From NCBI GenBank assembly GCA_964016885.1, contig OZ024742.1, positions 233,430,001 through 233,494,000 of the forward strand: 64,000 nt of DNA. Reading direction: 5' to 3'. Position numbers and translations under genes: made by a program. The DNA is from Eledone cirrhosa. Its lineage: Eukaryota. The stretch's first letter is position 1. Every line of letters begins with the position of its first letter. The notes beneath the pieces were generated by a model. That model ran no database searches. It was not told the DNA's origin and was given only the letters and a program-made list of their open reading frames with translations. Below are positions 37,076 to 48,620 of the stretch, one piece after another.

Positions 37076-38863
37076 TTACCTCTTCGTTTCCTGGAGATCG
37101 AGTTGTTCAATCTCCATTTGGGTGCTGGTGGGGATGTTGGGTGGGGTGGGGAAACATTTTAATAGGACGTGGTTTATGGGTTTTTAGCAGGGTTTCTGAT
37201 GTCCTACGAAAATTGATTTTTCAGTTTGTTATAGGTTTCCATTGGAACCCTTATCATTTCAGGTGTGGTGCTGATCCTGATTTCACGACAGTTTTCCCCT
37301 CGGTCTCCACCTTGGGGTCTTTGGAGATGACCTCCATCAGGATTTTGTTATTCGTGTTAATGTATGTGTACTGTTGTTTATATTTTTGTTGTGTTGTTTT
37401 TGTTTGTTGTTTATCTGGGAATTTTCTTTTTATGGTGGGTGTTTGTGTTTGGGGTGGTGTTGGTGTTTGTTTTGCTGGTATGGGGGTGGTGATTATGGTG
37501 TTGTTTGTGTTGTTGTTGGCGTTGGTGGTTGTGTGTTTGTGTTGGTGATTTGTGTTTTTGTGGCTTTGCGGTGATTCTTTTTTGTTTGTTTTTTTTATTT
37601 CCGAGGCTCTCCTTCATCCTCGCTTGGGGGGGGGGGGGGAGTAGCCTCGTCTGATGATGAATCGTCATCAGGGGCGTGTGAGAGGGGTATTTTGTGTGGT
37701 GATGGTGTATTTGCGTGTGAAGTTGTGGTAGTGTTGAATGGAGTGGGATGGGGTGGGACTGTGTTCTTCAGGGGAATTGTCTGTGTTTTTTCTGTTGTTT
37801 GTGGTTGAGTAGATGTTTGTTTTTCGTGTGTTTGCTTGTTTTGTGTGTTGTTGTTGTTGTTGTTGTGGTGGTGGTAGTTTTGGTGTTGGTGTTGGTAAGA
37901 GTACTTTTTTAAAAAAAGTTTGTCTGTAAAGGGCAGGAGGCTTTTAATGCGATGTGCTGGAACATCGAAAGCAGTGAGGCCCCCACCTTCAGTAGAAATC
38001 TTTATGTGGTTGTTGTTGTCTACTAGTACCCTTTCCGGATTCTTGGAAATTCTCTCTGGTTTCATCTGTACCATAACTTCCAAACTGGTACCAGACCACG
38101 TGTGTCTGGTTGACTTCTTAATGGAGAGGATGGTGTCCTCTCCCTCCTCTAAAAATCCTGCCAAAATCCACCAAATATTGATATTTGGTGGTATATTGGA
38201 GGTTTTTATTTTTTTAGTTTTTTTCCCAGGTAAGTAGGGGGAAAGGTGTAGTTGGCAGAGGTGACCGGAGTCACCGATTATTTTTGTGCAAGAGCCTCGC
38301 TTTTGAGAAGCACCGAAATGCTTCCATACTGTCTGGCCCTCTGCATAAAATCGATATCCGGCAACGCCGCCTTCAATGCTGCTTCTATTTCTCCTTGACC
38401 GTGGGATGCCGGCTTTCTGGTAGTATTTGAGACTGTCCTGAAAGTAATAGTTTTCCGGAGAGTTTCAAAGCGAATTTCGGGGGATGAGTTTATTTTAAGC
38501 CCACCCTTTTCTTCGAAAATTACAAATTTTTTCCCCTGACTCAGCATCTCGCTGGCATGGGAGATATCCAAATCTTTAAACTGTTGTTTTTTGGCTGCTG
38601 TTTCAGCGAAAGATTTTGTTTTGGTATTGTTGTTGTTGTTGTGGTTATCACTTGTTTGATTTATAGTTGTGGAAATTGTCTGTTTAGCTGTTGTGTTTGT
38701 TTTCTGTTCTGTGTTACTTGGTTTATTCGGTGAATCACTTGTTTCACCTTCTTGGCGAAAAACTTTGTTGTTATATTTGTAACCATAGTGACGTCTATGC
38801 AGGCAGACGGCTTGGCAACGTTGATGCAGCAGTCGAGACTAGCGTCCGTTGTTCGCTAGACAT
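37076..38863 (-). pseudogene. Element A ORF1 (Gag-like RNA-binding protein), frameshifted
   Basis: ORF pieces 38278-38571 and 37595-38164 are homologous to ORF1 of B and C (TITFRTVSN, YGSISVL, WSGTSLEV); ends MEIEQLDLQETKR*. Confidence 0.8.
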
Positions 38864-39061
38864 TTTTTATTGTAAAATATTTTTTTCTTTTTTAAAAAGT
38901 TTTTAAAATAAAATCTCCGCCCTTGTGGGGCGAAAAATGAGATTACCCACCCGCTGACAATTAATCTACAAAACAATATATTTTTCAACAAAAAATTCCT
39001 GTTTTTTGCATACAAAATTAACAAAAAACTGACCAGCGAAGCGGTGCAGATCAACTATCCG

Positions 39062-39105
<44 letters not shown>
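39062..39105. repeat. (GATA)n spacer between elements A and B
   Basis: Direct observation. Confidence 0.98.
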
Positions 39106-39106
<1 letters not shown>

Positions 39107-39348
39107 TATTTCTTTATTAGCCACAGGGGCACAAAAGAAGGGGACAAATACAAAGGGGGAAGTTTACATACAATAAAAACGTGTAAAATGTTATCACAAA
39201 TGGAATTTAAAAAGTTAGTCGATTTTCCCCAATAGAGGGAGACAGTTTATATGGGTAACACATACCCCCGAAAAAAGAATGTGCAACCCTCATCTCCAGG
39301 AGTACGAAGAGTTTGTACTCCTTTCCTCTCCTCCTGCTTTTCCTCAAC

Positions 39349-42300
39349 CTACAGGCTGATATAGAGAGAAGGCCCATTCACTCGGGCCATTCTCGCCACT
39401 TTCACCCACCTTTCATAAAACTTGCTGGGGTACAGCACCTCTCTCTCCATCCTGATTCTTCTTCCAAAGTGGTATTTGAAAAAAAAATCAGTTGTTGGCC
39501 GGAGAGAAAGGTGTCTGACCTCAGCCCTTTCAACCTTGTCCACCATACAACCTCTTTCGCCATAGCTATCACACAAAGGAAAACCGCCTCTCCTTCGTTT
39601 TTGAAGGAGGGTGGCGGTTTGATCATGACAATGGACTCGGTGGTCAACTGGATTGGTCCCACCCGCGACAATAGTCGTTCTACATAGCCCCACAAGTCAG
39701 TGACGCCCGGGCAGTGTATGAATGCGTGCGCGACGGTTTCTTCGTCTCGCACGCACCTCGGACAGATCTTTTTTGCAGGGTCCCTGCCCGGGCGCCCATG
39801 TCTGTAGAGCTTGTTTCGAACTGGTATGGCTCCTTGGTAGCACTGCCAGGCCAGGGACTTTTGGAAGTTGTCCATCGGTCCCGGGCGGAAGGTCCTACCA
39901 AACAGACTGTCCAGTTCATCTTCCTCTACGCCTAGAGTTTCACCGAGCGCGTCGTCGCACTTGCTGCGGACCAACCCTCTATAGAATGACGAAGTGGAGT
40001 CTCCACTGATCGCCGGGTCCGCCTGCCAGAGGGCTGTGAGCGCCTGAGCACATTCGATGTGCCAGTCGCCCATTTTCCTCGGTCTTTGCTTGACCCAGGA
40101 CTGCAGCTCGGTCAGCGAGACGAGTCGTGGGAAGGCTCGCCTCACGAACGGGGCCCACACCGGTTGTCCGGTGAGGAATACGTAGATATGCCGCAGCCTG
40201 AGCGCATGTTTGCGCATCGTCAACCACGGCATCCCCAGCCCTCCGTTAGAAGGGTGTTGGCAGCAGATGGATCTTCTCACCAAAGGAGCCCGCCTCTTCC
40301 AAAGGAATCGGAAGAGCGCGCGCTCCATTTTGGCGAGCGTTTTGGCTGGACAAGGCACGACGGTTAAGCGGTAGTAGATGGCGGACGCTATAAAAGTGTT
40401 CGCCACCTCCGCTCGACCTTTCAAGGATAGTTTGCACTCGGCCCACTTCTGGGTGAGTGCAAACACCTTGGCCGTCACTTCGTTCCAGTTCTTCTCCACC
40501 TGGAGGTCCGGACAAAACCAGACCCCGAGCAGCTTTACCGGTCCTTCCGTCCAGCGTCCGACGACGCCATCGGAAGGCATCGGTCTGCCTCTCCACGATC
40601 CGAGTTGAAAACCGATGGACTTGTCCCGGTTCAGCTTCGCTCCTGTGAGACTTTCGTATTCCTTCAGTAAGGTGCCGACTTCCTCGATTTGCGAGGCGCT
40701 CGACACCATTACTGTCACGTCGTCGGCGTAGGCCGACGCCGCTTTCCGCAGTCCCGGTTCCAGAGGGATGCCCTGCAATAGCTCCAGCTTCCGCAGTAGT
40801 GGCTCGAGAGTCAGTACGTACAGAAGGGAGGAGAGAGGGCATCCCTGTCGAATGGATCGCGTAATATGGGACGGCTCCGAGAGGTAGCCGTTCACCTTGA
40901 CCCTTGAGCAGATGTTGCTGTTGTGCATTGCAGCAATCCAGCCCCTGAACACGGGTCCGAAGCCTGCCGCCTCGAGCACCGCATCCAGGTAACGATGGTC
41001 AACCCTATCGAAAGCCTTAGACTGATCCAAGTTGATCAGGGCCTCCGAAGCCGGGTTTACACCCTCTCTATGATGTATCGCATGAGGTGGAGGTTGTCGT
41101 GTATGGACCTGGTCGGGATTGCGCATGTCTGCGCTTCTCCCACCAGGTTCTCGACGACAAGCGCCAGCCTCTTTGCCAACACCTTGGCCAAAATCTGTAA
41201 CTCTGTGTATAGCAGAGTTATGGGCCGGAAGTTGCCTATGTCATCCCCCTTATTCTCGTCCTTCCTGATTAGTGTGACCACGCCCCCAGTTACAGAACTG
41301 GGAATTCTCCTGTTCTGTTGCTAGTTGCAGTAGACCGCTTCCAGGAGACCGGAGAATAAGTCCGGCATTGCTACGTAAAATTCGTAGGGTAGACCGTCGA
41401 GACCTGGAGATTTGCGTTTGCCGCATTGGCTCAGCGCGTCCCCTATCTCAGTGGCTGAAATCGGCTTTTCGCAGAACTTTGCCTCGCTGTCCGAGAGTCG
41501 CGGTAGGCCGTCGAGGTATGGACCGAAATCCATATCCTCTCCCAGCGCCCCCCCCCCCGAACAGCCGAGCAAAGTGCCGCTGAAAAGCCGCACACATCTG
41601 CTTCGGCTCACGTATCACGCGTCCGTTTTGGTCCTTCAAAGACCGAATCGTGGACTTGTTGCCACTTTTTGCCTCCGTCACTCGGGCCCAGCTAACAGCT
41701 TTGGCTCCCTCGTTTCCCAGAGCACGTATTTTGCTTCTGACAACGCAGCCCTCGTGCTTTGCGTCGAAGAACTGGTCCAAGGCCGTTCTCGTTGCTAGCA
41801 TGCTGGCTACGTTGCCACTTCTAATTGCCTCTTCTACCTTATCTACCAGTTCCTTCTCGGTTCTATTTCTATCTAACGCTAATTCTTTACTAAAAACTAT
41901 CGAGTCTAATATAACTGCCCTCTTAAGAGAGTACCACCATCTGTTGTTGACAATGGCCCCTGTCAAGTGCTGTTTAACTAAAGTGCTAATCCGTCTACTG
42001 TAGGCTTTGCTTGTCGGTAACGACAAGTTCAGCTTCCAGTAGCCGGGTCCTTGTCTATGGGTTCTATCAAGGTTGGCCATGCAGGTCACTAGTTTGTGAT
42101 CTGAATAGGCAACCATGAACATTTGTGGACAGCTTAACATGTCCCTATCCTTATTTCTAACTAGAACCCTATCTAGGTACGATCTAGATGTTCCGCTACG
42201 ATTACTCCACGTCCACAGTGGCGCAGTCGGAAAATCTAGTCGATATCTATCGGCCAGGTCAAATCGGTCGATTAACTGTTTGAGGCTGTACGCCCCCCTT

Positions 42301-42774
42301 TATCGGGACATGCTCCCACATAGTCCCAACGTGCATCTAGGATTCCATACCAGTCCCCCACTAAAAGCAAGGAGCGGGACGTTCCCAGAAAAGTCTCTAG
42401 ACGTTTGAAGAAGTCTGGCCGCGGTGTCCCGGATGGGGCATATGCGGCCACCAGCCTGAAGGCTCCACCTTCACTACCGTCAACATCTAGGACCACCAGT
42501 CGACCCTCCGGGTCCAGATGAACCGTCTGTATTACGAGGCCCAGCTGTTTCCGCAGCAAAACGGCAACTCCGCCCCCACCACCGGTTGACAGAGAGATGC
42601 GTAGATCTCAAAGTCATCGAAGATGGGGGCCAGCTGTCGCTCGCCGTGGATCCTGGACTCGCAAATGGCTACCACATCCATACTGTGCGACCTAAGGTCG
42701 TTTAAGAGTTTGCCCTGTTTCCAGGGCATCCCCAGGCCGCGTACGTTCACACATCCAACTCTTATATTGGCCAT
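39349..42774 (-). pseudogene. Element B ORF2 (APE, RT, CCHC), few lesions
   Basis: ORF pieces 42532-42774, 42272-42559, 41448-42140, 41321-41611, 41057-41281, 39402-41126. Confidence 0.92.
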
Positions 42775-42807
42775 GTTGGTGTTGAAAAGTTAAAAGAGGA
42801 AAAGAGA

Positions 42808-44704
42808 TCACTCACCCTTCGCCTCCTGGGGACCAGGCCGCACGATTTCCATGGGGGTGTTGGAGGGGTTGTCTGGATGGGTGGTGGTTTCCGGCGGGGT
42901 GGGGACGCAGATGTTTGGTGGGGTGGGGTCTGGAGTGGGGAGGCATTTGAGAAGGACGCGGTTGAGTGGTTTCACGCAGGAATTCCCCACATCCTTCTCA
43001 AATGTTTCTTTTAGGGACCTATAAGTTTGTATAGGGACCCTAATCAGTTTTAGGTTCAGTTTTTTGCTATTTTTAATAGAGTGGGCGAAAGTTTTCCCTT
43101 CGGTTTTCACCGAAGGGTCGTTCGTGATGGTCTCCATTAGTGTTTTGTTTTCAGTGTTTATGTAAGTGTAAGTGTAATTTTCTTGTGTTGTGTTTGTTTT
43201 CGTCTGTAGTTCTTGTGTGTGCTTTCGTTTTGTTGTAGGTATTTTGTTTTCAGGAGGTGGGGGTTTGGTTTGTGATGTTTTTGTTGTTTGTGTTGGTGGT
43301 TGTATGTTTGTGGTAGTGTTTGCTGTTTTTTTTTGCTTTTGTGATGTCTTTTCTTTCTTTTCGAGTGATGGGGTTCTCCCTCGTCTTCACTGGGTGATGG
43401 CGGGATAGCCTCATCTGTTGTATCGTCTGTGTGATTGGGGAGGGGTATGTCTTGGGGAGCTGTTGTGTCTGTATGTGATTTTGCAGTGGTTTTAGGTGGA
43501 GTGGGGTTGGGTGGGACTGTGTTTGTTGTGGTTATTATTGTGTGTTGGTGTTGTTGTTGTTGTGGTGGTGTTGGTGGTTGTGTTGTTTTGATGGGTGTCG
43601 GCAGAAGAGCCTTTTTTTGGTTAATTAATTTAGGACAGGAAGCCCTCAGGTGACCCCTGCTAAAGCAATGGTAACATGAAGGCTGCCTACCCTCAACCGA
43701 AAAGTTTATGTAGGTGAGTCCGTCCAGGAGTACACGCTGTGGGATCATAGCTATTCGCTCTGGGCTCATTTGCACCAGAACTTCAATGCTAGTCCCATTG
43801 AATACATCTCTGGGGGACTTTCCTACTGACAGTATTCTGTCTTCATCAAAATTGATGAAGCCGCACAGTATTCACCATATGTTCACCTTTGGTGTGACAC
43901 TCGTGATTCTGATCTTTTGTGTCCTTTTTCCCATGTATGTAGGGAAAAAGGTGTACAGGTTGGATACAATTGGCGACACAGAGTAATTTTGGGCCGTCAA
44001 TTGATCCTTCATGAGTACCGAAATACTCCCAAAAAGTTTGCTTCTTTGAATGAATGCAATATCATTCATTGAATTTTTGAAAACCAGTCAATTTCTTTCT
44101 GTGACAATTGGACTGGTTTTCGGGTAGAATTGGAAACTGTCCTAAAAACTATCGTTTTGAGAGCAGTTTCCTTGCGAATTTCTACCGGAGAATTGATGCT
44201 GAAAGCACCATTTTTTTCGAAAGTGACATATCTCTTAGCGTCCTTTAAAAGTTGTTCAGCATTTGTTATGTCGAGATATATCAATTCTTCCTTCTTTTGA
44301 ACTTTCTCTGCAAAGGAGATTTTTGGTTTCTTTGTGGAATCCGTATTGGTGGTGTTGTCATTATTGCTGTTATTGTTGTTGTTATTCTTGTTGTCACCGA
44401 TGTTGATAGTATTCGTCTTTTCCTTGGTGTTGTTGTCTTTGATGCTGGTGTTATTGGTGTTGTCTTTATTTTTTTCTTTGTTGTTGTTATCATTGTTGCT
44501 TTTATCATCATTATTGGTGTTGCTGTTATTTTTGTTGTCATTGAACTGTTTGGTGTCATTTGTGTTGTTTGGATATGAATTCGTTTTTACATTTTCATTT
44601 CGTCTTTCCATCTCTATAGTATCTAGTGAAGAAGACGTTGTTGACTGCGAGCTTTGTAGTCTTACCGCCTCTCCACCACCATTATCGTTGGACGCAGCGT
44701 TCAT
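42808..44704 (-). pseudogene. Element B ORF1 (Asn-rich N-terminus, CX2CX4HX4C knuckle, Pro/Thr/Gln linker)
   Basis: ORF pieces 44066-44704, 43872-44069, 43158-43775, 42808-43137. Confidence 0.88.
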
Positions 44705-44924
44705 AACGTAATCAAAATTTTACAATATTTTTTCCAAGATTCGATGGAGAAAAAATTTTTCAAATGAATATTCCGCCCCTGTAGGGGCGAAAATGAGTTG
44801 ACCCACTACCTGAAGGTTCAGACGGGGGGTGAAGTTACACAATGATATAAAATTTAACTAAAAACTCACGTTTTTTTCTTACATAAATTAACGGAAACTT
44901 CTCCGCGAAGTTACACACGTCTCA

Positions 44925-44955
44925 TAGAGAGAGAGAGAGAGATAGATAGATAGAT
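44925..44955. repeat. (GA)n(GATA)n spacer between elements B and C
   Basis: Direct observation. Confidence 0.95.
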
Positions 44956-45173
44956 ATATTTCTTTATTTACCATAAAGGCATAAAAAGAAGGGACAAATA
45001 CAAAGGGGGAGTTTACATAAAACCGAGTAAAAAGGGTATAAAATGAAGATAATCGAAAACAACCTCAAAAGGGAGGGGACGTGATGGTGGTTGCACACAC
45101 CCCCGAGAAAGTGTGCAATCCTTTTCCCGGGGAGCACATGGAGAAGGTGCTCCCCTCTCCTTCACTTCTTTAC

Positions 45174-48100
45174 CTACAGGATGGTATACAGAGAAGGCCC
45201 ATAGAGCCATTCTCGCCACTATCACCCACCTTTCATAAAACTGCCTGTGGCCAAGCACCTCTCTCTCCATTCTTATCCTTCTTCCGAAGTGATATCGGAA
45301 GAAGTAGACCAGACTATGGCCAGAGAGGAAGTTGCCTGACCTCAGACCTTTCAATCGTGTCCACCAAACAACCTCTTTCAACATGGCTATTACGCACAGA
45401 AAAACCGCCTTTGCTTCCTTTGTGAAGAGGGGAGGCGGCTTGATTGTCATCACGGACTCGGCGGTCAATCGAATCGGCGCCACCCGCGACAGCAGTCGTT
45501 CGGCGTAGCCCCACAGATCAGCCACGCCCGGACATTGCACCAATGCGTGCGCAACGGTTTCTTCGTGACGCACGCATCTAGGGCAAATCTTTTTCGAGGG
45601 ATCCCTGCCCGGGCGCCCGTGTCTGTAGAGCCTCTCTCGAACGGGTAGAGCCCCCCGGTAGCACTGCCAGGCTAGTGACTTCTGGAAGTTGTCCATTGGT
45701 CCCGGGCCGAAAGTCCTACCGAACAGGCTGGCCAGTTCGTCCTCTTCCATGTCCAACGACTCTCCAAGGGTGTCATCACCCCTGCTAGCCACCAGCCCTC
45801 TATAGAATGATGAGGTGGATTCTCCACCAATGGCCGGGCCCCCTTGCCAGAGAGCCCTGAGCGCCTGGGCACACTCGGTGTGCCAGTCTCCCAGTTTTCC
45901 GGATCTTTGCTTGACCCAGGACTGCAGTTTGGTGAGCGAGACGAGTCTCGGAAAGGCTCGTTTCACGAACGGAGCCCACACCGGTTGACCAGTGAGGAAT
46001 ACCTGTAGGTGCCGTAGCCTTAATGCGTGCCTACGCATCATCAACCACGGCATCCCCAGCCCTCCTTTCGAAGGTTGTTGGCAGCAGATGGATCTTCTCA
46101 CCATAGGAGGGCGCTTCTTCCAAAGAAATTGGAAGAGCATGCGTTCCATGGTGGTGAGTGTTTCCTTAGGGCAAGGCACGACAGTCAGGCGGTAGTAAGT
46201 GACGGACGCTATGTAAATGTTCGCCACCTCCGCCCCACCTTTTAGGGACAGCTTACACTTGGCCCATTTCTGGGTTAGTGCAAACACCTTGTTCGTAACC
46301 TCGTCCCAGTTCTTTTCCACCTGGAGGTCCGGTCCAAACCAGACCCCAAGCAACTTCATCGGGCCCTCCGTCCAGTGTCCGACGACACCGTCGGGAGGCA
46401 TCGGTCTGCCTCTCCACGTTCCGAGTTGCAGCCCGATGGATTTTTCCCGGTTCAGTTTCGCTCCTGACAACCTTTCGTAATCCTCCAGTAAGGTACCGAT
46501 CGCCTCGATCTCCGAGTCGGTCGATACCATTACTGTTACGTCATCGGCGTAGGCCGACACCGCTTTGCTCAATCCTGGTTCCAGGGGGATACCCTGCAAC
46601 AACTCCAACTTCCTCAGTAAAGGCTCGAGAGTCAATACGTACAGAAGGGAGGATCAAATGGATCGTGTGATTTCGAACGGCTTCGAAAGGTAGCCGTTCA
46701 CCTTGATCCTAGAATAGATGTGGTTGCTATGTAAGGCAGTGATCCAGCCTCTGAAAACAGGACTGAACCCAGCCGCCGCTAGCACCGCATCCAGGTAACC
46801 ATGGTCGACCCTATCGAATGCCTTAGACTGATCCAAGTTGATCAGGGCCCCACCGAAACCGGGTTTGTTGCCAACCCTCTCTATGATTTATCGCATGAGG
46901 TGGAGGTTATCGTGAATGGACCTGGATGGGATAGCACATGTCTACGCATCTCCCACCAGACCACCCACGACAAGCGCCAACCTCGTTGCTAACATCTTGG
47001 CCAAAATCTTTAACTCTGTGTTTAGCAGGGTTATGGGCCGAAAATTATTTATACTATCCCCCTTGTTCTCGTCCTTCCTCACCAGCCCTTGGCTACAGAA
47101 CAAGGAATTCTCCCGTTCTGCTGCCAATTGCAGTAGACCGCTTCGAGGAGTTCGGGGAAGAAGACCGGCATTGCTAAATAAAGTTCGTAAGGTATACCAT
47201 CGAGACCTGGAGATTTGCGTCTGCTGCATTGGCTCAGCGCATCCCCGATCTCATCAGCCGAGATTGGTCCCTCGCAGGACTCTGCCTCTTCGCTCGAGAG
47301 ACGCGGCAGACCGTCGAGGTATGGACCGAAATCCACGTCCCCGCCCGGACCCTCGCCTCCCCCGAATAATCGGGAAAAGTGCCTTTGAAAGGCCTCCCAC
47401 ATCTGCTTAGGCTCCCGGACTACCCGTCCATCCTCGTCTTGCAAAGACCGGATGGTGGATCGATTTCCACTCTTAGCTTCTGTCACGCGGGCCCAGCCAA
47501 CGGCTTTGGCCCCCTCATTACCTAGAGCACGTATTTTACTTCGAATGACGCAGCCTTCGTGCTTTGCATCGAAAAACTGGCTCAAGGCCGTCCTCGATGC
47601 CAGCACTCTGGCCACATCTTCGCTCTTGATTGCCTCTTCTAATTTACCTGTTAATTCTTTCTCGTTTCTATTCCTATCGGCAGCTAACATCTTGCTATAA
47701 CTTATTGATTCTGTTCTAATCTCTCTTTTGAGAGATGCCCACCATCGGTTGTCGACGATTGTACCCGTTAACCTCACCTTAACTAATCTGCTAATCCGGT
47801 TTCTGTAAGTCTCTTTTGCCGGTAAAGACAAATTAAGTTTCCAGTAACCGGGACCCTGTTTATGTGTTTTCTCAAGATTGACTACGCAGGTCACTAACTT
47901 GTGATCCGTATAGCCAACCGTGAGCATTTCTGGACAGCTTAATATGTCCCTATCCTTACTTCTAACTAAGAATCTATCTAAGTACGATCTAGATTGACCA
48001 CTGTCGTTCGTCCAAGTCCAGGTTGGCACAGTTGGAAAATCTAGTCGATATCTATCGACCAAGTTAAAACGGTCGAGTAACACCTTGAGGCTGTTACACC

Positions 48101-48587
48101 CCCTCTATTAGGACATGCTCCTGCATAGTCCCAACGTGCATCTAGGATGTCATTCTAATCCCCCGCTAGAAGCAGGGAACGCGACGTTCCCAGTTCCCAG
48201 AAAAGTCTCCAGACGCTGGAAGAAGTCGGGTCGTTCAGCTCCGAAAGGGGAGTAGACGGCGACCAGTCTCAAGCTCGCACCTTCACTACTGTCAACGTCT
48301 AGCACCAACAAACGACCCTCCGGGTCCGAGTGAACAACCTGTACGGCGAGACCCAGGTGTTTTTCCAGCAGTACGACAACCCCACCCCCACCTCCAGGTT
48401 GACAGAGAGATGCATGCACCTCAAAGTCATCGAAGGTGGGGGCCAGCTGCCGCACGACGCTGATCCGAGTCTCACAGATAACCATTACATTTATACCACG
48501 TGACCTGAGGTCATTTAGAAGCTTTGCTTGCTTCCAAGTTGAGCCTAGGCCACGTGCATTCAAACATCCTACTCTTAACACATCCAT
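45174..48587 (-). pseudogene. Element C ORF2 (APE, RT, CCHC), frameshifted
   Basis: ORF pieces 48150-48587, 47079-48083, 46942-47229, 46654-46836, 45013-46635; homologous stop (GPSLYTIL*) at 45174-45176. Confidence 0.92.
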
Positions 48588-48620
48588 GTGGGCGGCAAAG
48601 CCAAAGGAGAGTATAGAGAC

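Larger units (their letters stand above)
33525..39061 (-). mobile_element. Full-length L1/Tx1-clade LINE, element A
   Basis: ORF1 remnants (38863-37076) and ORF2 APE-RT remnants (37034-33661); ends AATAAAGAAAT-CTATCTATC; GATA arrays on both sides. Confidence 0.93.
39108..44924 (-). mobile_element. Full-length L1/Tx1-clade LINE, element B
   Basis: ORF1 44704-42808 with CYHCFSRGHLRASC knuckle; ORF2 42774-39349 with SIRQGCPLS, YADD, CPRC..ETVAHAFIHC; ends AATAAAGAAATAT-ATCTATC. Confidence 0.95.

Noticed and set aside
38914-38970. 5'-UTR hairpins of the Tx1-like elements as a known HDV or hammerhead ribozyme
   Set aside because: No nested double pseudoknot or CUGANGA/GAAA core could be fitted; kept only as an unclassified structure
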